Origin: a virus
Taxonomy: Duplodnaviria > Heunggongvirae > Uroviricota > Caudoviricetes
IMG/VR virus record: IMGVR_UViG_2713896897_000002
Length of the DNA stretch: 11,722 nucleotides
Strand: one strand, 5' to 3'
Below, piece by piece: positions 7,428 through 11,722 of this stretch. A program made the position numbers and the translations under genes. Under the pieces are notes generated by a model. That model was not told where the DNA came from. It was given only the letters and a program-made list of their open reading frames with translations, and searched no databases. Numbering within the stretch: the stretch's first letter is position 1; every line of letters begins with the position of its first letter.

Positions 7428-8922
7428 TCTTTCACACATTATTGCCGCAGCATTCAATGAACCGCTGCTTCTGGAGCCCGCCTATGCGCGGGTTTTCTTT
7501 TGCGCGCTCGGGCGCGAGATGGGGGCAGCAAGTCTTTCGGTACCACAACAGCAGGTACAGTTTGATGCTCCCGGAATGCTGGCTGAAACGGACGAGTACA
7601 TGGCCGGAGGTAAACGACCGGCCCGTGTTTACAGGGTGGTGAACGGTATTGCTGTACTGCCGGTGACCGGCACGCTGGTGCACCGGCTGGGTGGTATGCG
7701 GCCATTTTCCGGAATGACAGGCTATGACGGTATTGTCGCCTGTCTTCAGCAGGCAATGGCGGATAGCCAGGTGCGGGGCGTACTGCTGGACATTGACAGT
7801 CCGGGCGGGCAGGCCGCCGGCGCGTTTGACTGCGCTGACATGATTTACCGCCTCCGTCAGCAGAAGCCGGTCTGGGCACTGTGCAATGACACGGCCTGTT
7901 CTGCAGCCATGCTGCTGGCGTCGGCTTGCTCCCGACGACTGGTTACCCAGACATCCCGTATCGGCTCCATTGGCGTGATGATGAGCCATGTCAGCTATGC
8001 CGGTCATCTGGCGCAGGTCGGTGTGGATATCACGCTGATTTACTCAGGGGCGCACAAGGTGGATGGCAATCAGTTTGAAGCGTTGCCGGCAGAGGTTCGC
8101 CAGGACATGCAGCAGCGGATTGATGCGGCGCGCCGGATGTTTGCCGAAAAAGTGGCGATGTTTACCGGTCTGTCTGTTGATGCAGTCACGGGAACAGAGG
8201 CCGCCGTTTTTGAAGGTCAGTCTGGCATTGAGGCCGGGCTGGCGGATGAATTAATCAATGCGTCGGATGCCATCAGTGTGATGGCCACGGCGCTGAACAG
8301 TAATGTCAGAGGAGGCACTATGCCGCAATTAACTGCAACGGAAGCCGCCGCGCAGGAGAACCAGCGAGTGATGGGGATCCTGACATGCCAGGAAGCGAAA
8401 GGACGTGAACAGCTTGCCACGATGCTGGCAGGACAACAGGGCATGAGCGTTGAACAGGCCCGGGCGATTCTGGCCGCGGCGGCACCGCAGCAGCCGGTGG
8501 CATCCACGCAGAGTGAAGCCGATCGCATTATGGCGTGTGAAGAAGCGAACGGTCGTAAACAACTGGCGGCAACGCTGGCGGCGATGCCGGAGATGACGGT
8601 GGAAAAAGCCCGCCCGATCCTGGCTGCTTTACCGCAGGCGGATGCCGGACCATCACTCCGTGATCAGATCATGGCACTGGATGAGGCAAAAGGGGCTGAG
8701 GCGCAGGCTGAACAGCTGGCTGCCTGCCCGGGAATGACTGTGGAGAGCGCCCGGGCTGTGCTGGCTGCGGGATCAGGTAAGGCAGAACCGGTCTCTGCAT
8801 CCACAACCGCCATGTTTGAACATTTCATGGCGAACCATTCACCGGCAGCGGTACAGGGTGGCGTGCCACAGACGTCAGCAGACGGTGATGCGGACGTAAA
8901 AATGCTCATGGCCATGCCATGA
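7417..8922 (+). CDS. C: Head maturation protease / scaffold fusion (gpC-like, S49/SppA-type serine protease)
   Basis: The N-terminus RNLSHIIAAAFNEPLLLEPAYARVFFCAL matches recalled lambda gpC (RNLPHIASMAFNEPLMLEPAYARVFFCAL). GSIGVMMSH is the candidate catalytic-serine region. GTG start at 7417 follows GAGGAG (7401-7406) and overlaps the portal 3' end. Confidence 0.85.
   Translation: MRRNLSHIIAAAFNEPLLLEPAYARVFFCALGREMGAASLSVPQQQVQFDAPGMLAETDEYMAGGKRPARVYRVVNGIAVLPVTGTLVHRLGGMRPFSGMTGYDGIVACLQQAMADSQVRGVLLDIDSPGGQAAGAFDCADMIYRLRQQKPVWALCNDTACSAAMLLASACSRRLVTQTSRIGSIGVMMSHVSYAGHLAQVGVDITLIYSGAHKVDGNQFEALPAEVRQDMQQRIDAARRMFAEKVAMFTGLSVDAVTGTEAAVFEGQSGIEAGLADELINASDAISVMATALNSNVRGGTMPQLTATEAAAQENQRVMGILTCQEAKGREQLATMLAGQQGMSVEQARAILAAAAPQQPVASTQSEADRIMACEEANGRKQLAATLAAMPEMTVEKARPILAALPQADAGPSLRDQIMALDEAKGAEAQAEQLAACPGMTVESARAVLAAGSGKAEPVSASTTAMFEHFMANHSPAAVQGGVPQTSADGDADVKMLMAMP
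8320..8922 (+). CDS. nu3: Nu3-like scaffolding protein from an in-frame internal start within gpC
   Basis: Strong Shine-Dalgarno AGAGGAGG (8308-8315) lies 4 nt before in-frame ATG 8320 (…GGTMPQLTA…). The product is about 200 aa and corresponds in position to the lambda Nu3 start as I recall it (…GGRMTKE…). Confidence 0.5.
   Translation: MPQLTATEAAAQENQRVMGILTCQEAKGREQLATMLAGQQGMSVEQARAILAAAAPQQPVASTQSEADRIMACEEANGRKQLAATLAAMPEMTVEKARPILAALPQADAGPSLRDQIMALDEAKGAEAQAEQLAACPGMTVESARAVLAAGSGKAEPVSASTTAMFEHFMANHSPAAVQGGVPQTSADGDADVKMLMAMP
8359..8775 (+). repeat. Three tandem degenerate coding repeats (about 47-52 aa each) in the C/Nu3 scaffold domain
   Basis: Repeat units begin RVMGILTCQEAKGREQLATMLAGQQGMSVEQARAILAAA, RIMACEEANGRKQLAATLAAMPEMTVEKARPILAAL and QIMALDEAKGAEAQAEQLAACPGMTVESARAVLAAG, with their ATG codons at 8371, 8530 and 8671. 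Confidence 0.7.
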
Positions 8923-8958
8923 AGTCAGTGCTGACCATCAACAGGAGGTTTTTACAAT

Positions 8959-9306
8959 ATGGTGACGAAAACCATCACTGAACAGCGTGCGGAAGTACGT
9001 ATTTTTGCCGGTAATGATCCGGCTCATACCGCCACAGGCAGCAGCGGGATTTCCTCGCCAACACCGGCACTGACGCCCCTGATGCTGGATGAAGCCACCG
9101 GGAAACTGGTGGTCTGGGACGGACAGAAAGCCGGTAGTGCGGTTGGCATACTGGTACTGCCGCTTGAAGGCACAGAGACGGCGCTGACGTATTACAAGTC
9201 GGGAACCTTTGCGACGGAGGCAATCCACTGGCCTGAAAGTGTGGATGAACACAAAAAGGCCAACGCCTTTGCCGGCAGTGCCCTGAGTCACGCGGCGCTG
9301 CCGTAA
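8959..9306 (+). CDS. D: Head decoration protein (gpD-like)
   Basis: The 115-aa product contains NDPAHTATG…LTPLMLDEATGKLVVWDG…AVGILV…YYKSGTF…FAGSA, matching recalled lambda gpD (SDPAHTATAPGG…MTPLMLDTSSRKLVAWDG…). AGGAGG (8942-8947) precedes ATG 8959. Confidence 0.85.
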   Translation: MVTKTITEQRAEVRIFAGNDPAHTATGSSGISSPTPALTPLMLDEATGKLVVWDGQKAGSAVGILVLPLEGTETALTYYKSGTFATEAIHWPESVDEHKKANAFAGSALSHAALP

Positions 9307-9314
9307 CACGTTAT

Positions 9315-9334
9315 CAGGCCACCGCGGTGGCCTG
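9315..9334. repeat. Perfect 20-bp palindrome CAGGCCACCGCGGTGGCCTG (stable RNA hairpin) in the D-E intergenic spacer
   Basis: The sequence equals its own reverse complement; it sits 9 nt after the D stop and 30 nt before the E start; no following T-tract. Confidence 0.65.
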
Positions 9335-9363
9335 ACTGATTTCTGAATGAAAGGAACTGATTT

Positions 9364-10392
9364 ATGGGATTGTTTACGACCCGCCAGTTACTCGGTTATA
9401 CCGAACAAAAAGTTAAATTTCGTGCGCTGTTTCTGGAGCTGTTTTTCCGCCGTACAGTGAATTTCCATACCGAAGAGGTGATGCTGGACAAAATTACCGG
9501 AAAAACGCCGGTGGCGGCCTATGTCTCCCCGGTTGTTGAAGGAAAAGTGCTGCGTCATCGTGGTGGTGAAACCCGCGTGTTGCGTCCGGGCTACGTCAAG
9601 CCGAAACACGAATTTAATTACCAGCAGGCGGTTGAGCGCCTTCCTGGTGAAGATCCATCTCAACTGAATGATCCGGCTTACCGCCGTCTGCGTATCATTA
9701 CCGATAACCTCAAACAGGAAGAGCACGCGATTGTCCAGGTGGAAGAAATGCAGGCGGTAAATGCTGTGTTGTATGGCAAATACACCATGGAAGGAGACCA
9801 GTTCGAGAAAATTGAGGTCGATTTTGGCAGGTCGACGAAGAATAACATCACTCAGGGTAGTGGTAAGGAGTGGTCAAAACAGGATCGTGACACGTTCGAT
9901 CCTACACATGATATTGACCTCTACTGCGACCAGGCCAGCGGTCTTGTGAATATTGCCATTATGGACGGTACCGTCTGGCGTCTTCTGAATGGTTTTAAGC
10001 TGTTCCGCGAAAAACTGGATACCCGTCGCGGTTCAAATTCTCAACTCGAAACGGCAGTGAAAGATCTGGGCGCAGTGGTGTCCTTCAAGGGGTATTACGG
10101 CGATCTGGCTATTGTTGTGGCGAAAACGTCTTATATAGCAGAAGACGGTATCGAAAAACGTTATCTTCCAGATGGCATGCTGGTTCTGGGGAATACTGCT
10201 GCAGATGGGATCCGTTGTTACGGTGCCATTCAGGATGCTCAGGCGTTGTCCGAAGGTGTGGTGGCCTCTTCCCGTTATCCGAAACACTGGCTGACGGTAG
10301 GGGATCCCGCCCGTGAATTTACCATGACGCAGTCCGCGCCGCTGATGGTGTTGCCGGACCCGGATGAGTTTGTGGTGGTACAGGTGAAATAA
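9364..10392 (+). CDS. E: Major capsid protein (gpE-like)
   Basis: The 342-aa product is collinear with recalled lambda gpE (…PGYVKPKHE…AIVQVEEMQAV…KYTM…NNITQ…EWSK…KEKLDTRRGSNS…LETAVKDLG…YPK…TGDPAREFTM…QSAPLM…DPDEFV…). Confidence 0.9.
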   Translation: MGLFTTRQLLGYTEQKVKFRALFLELFFRRTVNFHTEEVMLDKITGKTPVAAYVSPVVEGKVLRHRGGETRVLRPGYVKPKHEFNYQQAVERLPGEDPSQLNDPAYRRLRIITDNLKQEEHAIVQVEEMQAVNAVLYGKYTMEGDQFEKIEVDFGRSTKNNITQGSGKEWSKQDRDTFDPTHDIDLYCDQASGLVNIAIMDGTVWRLLNGFKLFREKLDTRRGSNSQLETAVKDLGAVVSFKGYYGDLAIVVAKTSYIAEDGIEKRYLPDGMLVLGNTAADGIRCYGAIQDAQALSEGVVASSRYPKHWLTVGDPAREFTMTQSAPLMVLPDPDEFVVVQVK

Positions 10393-10400
10393 TCCGTGAG

Positions 10401-10430
10401 CGGGGGCGAAATGCCTCCGTGTCTTTTTTC
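10401..10430 (+). terminator. Terminator-like hairpin with T-tract after the major capsid gene (candidate attenuator)
   Basis: CGGGGGC (10401-10407), GAAAT loop, GCCTCCG (10413-10419, one G-U wobble), then GTGTCTTTTTTC. It lies between the E stop and the FI start. Confidence 0.4.
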
Positions 10431-10443
10431 ACAGGGGGCTGGT

Positions 10444-10818
10444 ATGGCAACGAAAGAGCAAAATCTGAAACGGCTTGATGAACTGGCCCTGATTCTGGGG
10501 CGTGAGCCGGATATATCCGGGAGTGCCGCAGAGATAGCGCAGCGGGTGGCAGAATGGGAAGAGGAAATGCAGTCATCCGGTGATGATGTACAGGTTATGA
10601 ATATGGATATCCGGGAGCGGGAAACCGCGGCTCATGATGTTCGTGAGGAAACATCCGGCGCGTTAACGCGCATCAGAGTTCTGACCTGCCTCCATCTCTG
10701 TGGCGTTGATGGTGAAACGGGGGAATCCGTTGAGCTTGCGGATGTTGGTCGGGTGATTCTGATTATGTCCTCAGATGCAAAAACACACGTTGATGGCGGA
10801 ATGGCTGTTTATGCGTGA
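10444..10818 (+). CDS. FI: DNA-packaging accessory protein (gpFI-like)
   Basis: The acidic product MATKEQNLKRLDELALILGREPDISGSAAEIAQRVAEWEEEMQ resembles the recalled lambda FI N-terminus in character and position. ATG at 10444 follows AGGGGG; the ORF-track start at 10396 is probably an over-extension. The stop overlaps the FII start. Confidence 0.7.
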   Translation: MATKEQNLKRLDELALILGREPDISGSAAEIAQRVAEWEEEMQSSGDDVQVMNMDIRERETAAHDVREETSGALTRIRVLTCLHLCGVDGETGESVELADVGRVILIMSSDAKTHVDGGMAVYA

Positions 10819-11164
10819 TTTTCAGAATGCCTTTGATGCCGCCCTTGCCGGGGTGGACAGTACGATTGTTGAAGTGATGGGCATCAGTGCGCAGTTCACC
10901 TCCGGTGCACAGCGTGGCGGCGAGGTTCATGGCGTTTTTGACGATCCGGAGTCGCTGGGTTTTGCCAGTAGTGGGATCCGTATTGAAGGAAGTAATCCGT
11001 CATTATTTGTGCTTACGGATACGGTTTGTGCTGTACGGCGTGGTGACACGCTGACCATTAACGGCGAGATGTTCTGGGTGGACCGTGTTTCTCCGGATGA
11101 CGGAGGGAGTTGTTATCTCTGGCTCAACCGGGGGCAACCACCTGCCGCCAGCCGTCGTCGCTGA
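10811..11164 (+). CDS. FII: Head-tail connector protein (gpFII-like)
   Basis: From ATG 10811 the 117-aa product MRDFQNAFDAALAGVDSTIVEVMG…GVFDDPES…GDTLTINGEMFWVDRVSPDDGGSCYLWLNRGQPPAASRRR matches recalled lambda FII (MADFDNLFDAAIARADETIRG…WVDRVSPDDGGSCHLWLGRGVPPAVNRRR) and its length. Confidence 0.85.
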   Translation: MRDFQNAFDAALAGVDSTIVEVMGISAQFTSGAQRGGEVHGVFDDPESLGFASSGIRIEGSNPSLFVLTDTVCAVRRGDTLTINGEMFWVDRVSPDDGGSCYLWLNRGQPPAASRRR

Positions 11165-11175
11165 CAGGGGGATGT

Positions 11176-11709
11176 ATGACCATCAGAGGTCTTGAGCAGG
11201 CCGTTGAAAACCTCAGCCGTATCAGCAGAACGGCGGTGCCCGGTGCCTCCGCAATGGCCATTAACCGCGTGGCCACAACGGCAATGAATCAGTCGGCGTC
11301 ACAGGTTGCCCGTGAGACAAAGGTGCGGCGAAAACTGGTAAAGGAAAGGGCCAGACTGAAAAAGGCCACGGTCAAAAATCCGCACGTAAAAATCATTGTT
11401 AACCGCGGTGATTTACCTGTCATCAAACTGGGGATACGGATCACCGGAAGTCCTCCCAACAGTACGCTACGGGCCGGTCAGCATCGTTATCAGCGGGCAT
11501 TTATCCAGCGATTAAAAAATGGTCGCTGGCATGTCATGCAGCGAGTGGCCGGGAAAAACCGTTACCCCATTGATGTGGTGAAAATCCCGCTGGCGGCGCC
11601 GCTGACCACGGCGTTTAAACAGAATATTGAACAGATACGGCGTGAACGTTTGCCGAAAGAGCTGGGCTATGCGCTGCAGCATCAACTGAGAATGGTAATA
11701 AAGCGATGA
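11176..11709 (+). CDS. Z: Tail assembly / tail completion protein (gpZ-like)
   Basis: From ATG 11176 (GGGGGA upstream) the product MTIRGLEQAVENLSRISRTAVPGASAMAINRVA… and its C-terminus WHVMQRVAGKNRYPIDVVKIPLAAPLTTAFKQNIEQIRRERLPKELGYALQHQLRMVIKR are near-identical to recalled lambda gpZ. Confidence 0.85.
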   Translation: MTIRGLEQAVENLSRISRTAVPGASAMAINRVATTAMNQSASQVARETKVRRKLVKERARLKKATVKNPHVKIIVNRGDLPVIKLGIRITGSPPNSTLRAGQHRYQRAFIQRLKNGRWHVMQRVAGKNRYPIDVVKIPLAAPLTTAFKQNIEQIRRERLPKELGYALQHQLRMVIKR

Positions 11710-11722
11710 AACATACTGAACT
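11706..11722 (+). CDS. U: Tail protein gpU-like, first codons only (truncated by window end)
   Basis: ATGAAACATACTGAACT encodes MKHTE, the same opening as recalled lambda gpU (MKHTELRAAV…). The ATG overlaps the Z stop (ATGA). Confidence 0.5.

Larger units (their letters stand above)
1..11722 (+). mobile_element. Lambdoid (lambda / phage-21-like) phage or prophage segment: lysis cassette, cos, head-morphogenesis operon
   Basis: Unidirectional + strand order S-R-Rz/Rz1-(accessory)-cos-Nu1-A-W-B-C/Nu3-D-E-FI-FII-Z-U with translationally coupled junctions. Proteins match recalled lambda late proteins in sequence and length. Lambda cohesive-end sequence is present at 3013-3024. Confidence 0.9.

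Noticed and set aside
7432-8007. 191-aa and 141-aa minus-strand ORFs (7432-8007 and 7454-7879)
   Set aside because: Antisense to gpC; Arg/Pro-rich translations typical of reverse-frame artefacts in GC-rich genes.
1-11722. tRNA genes, CRISPR arrays, integrase or transposase, attachment sites
   Set aside because: No cloverleaf-compatible segment, no regularly spaced direct repeats and no recombinase-like ORF were seen; the window is interior late-region phage DNA.

Overview
This window is one continuous, + strand late-gene segment of a lambdoid (lambda / phage-21-like) enterobacterial phage or prophage. It runs: 3' end of an unidentified ORF, a tR'-like terminator, a phage-21-type lysis cassette (pinholin, SAR endolysin, Rz with embedded Rz1), a terminator, an AT-richer accessory pair (Rha-family protein plus a coupled 67-aa ORF), the cos site (cosQ, cosN with the lambda 12-nt cohesive end GGGCGGCGACCT, and a divergent cosB with dyad repeats), then the lambda-type head operon Nu1, A, W, B, C (with in-frame Nu3-like scaffold start), D, E, FI, FII, Z and the first codons of U. 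Gene order, sizes, overlapping stop/start junctions and recalled lambda protein sequences support the calls; no searches were run, so all homology statements are from memory. I saw no tRNA, rRNA, CRISPR array, integrase or transposase. Most of the window is ordinary, well-understood phage content; the parts that merit a second look are the accessory locus between Rz and cos, the unidentified ORF at the left edge, the cosB dyad architecture, the triplicated repeat in the C/Nu3 scaffold region, and two intergenic hairpins flanking the major capsid gene. I found no clear evidence of a novel defence or anti-defence system; the Rha-locus is the only candidate and that is speculative. ORF-track end coordinates include the stop codon.
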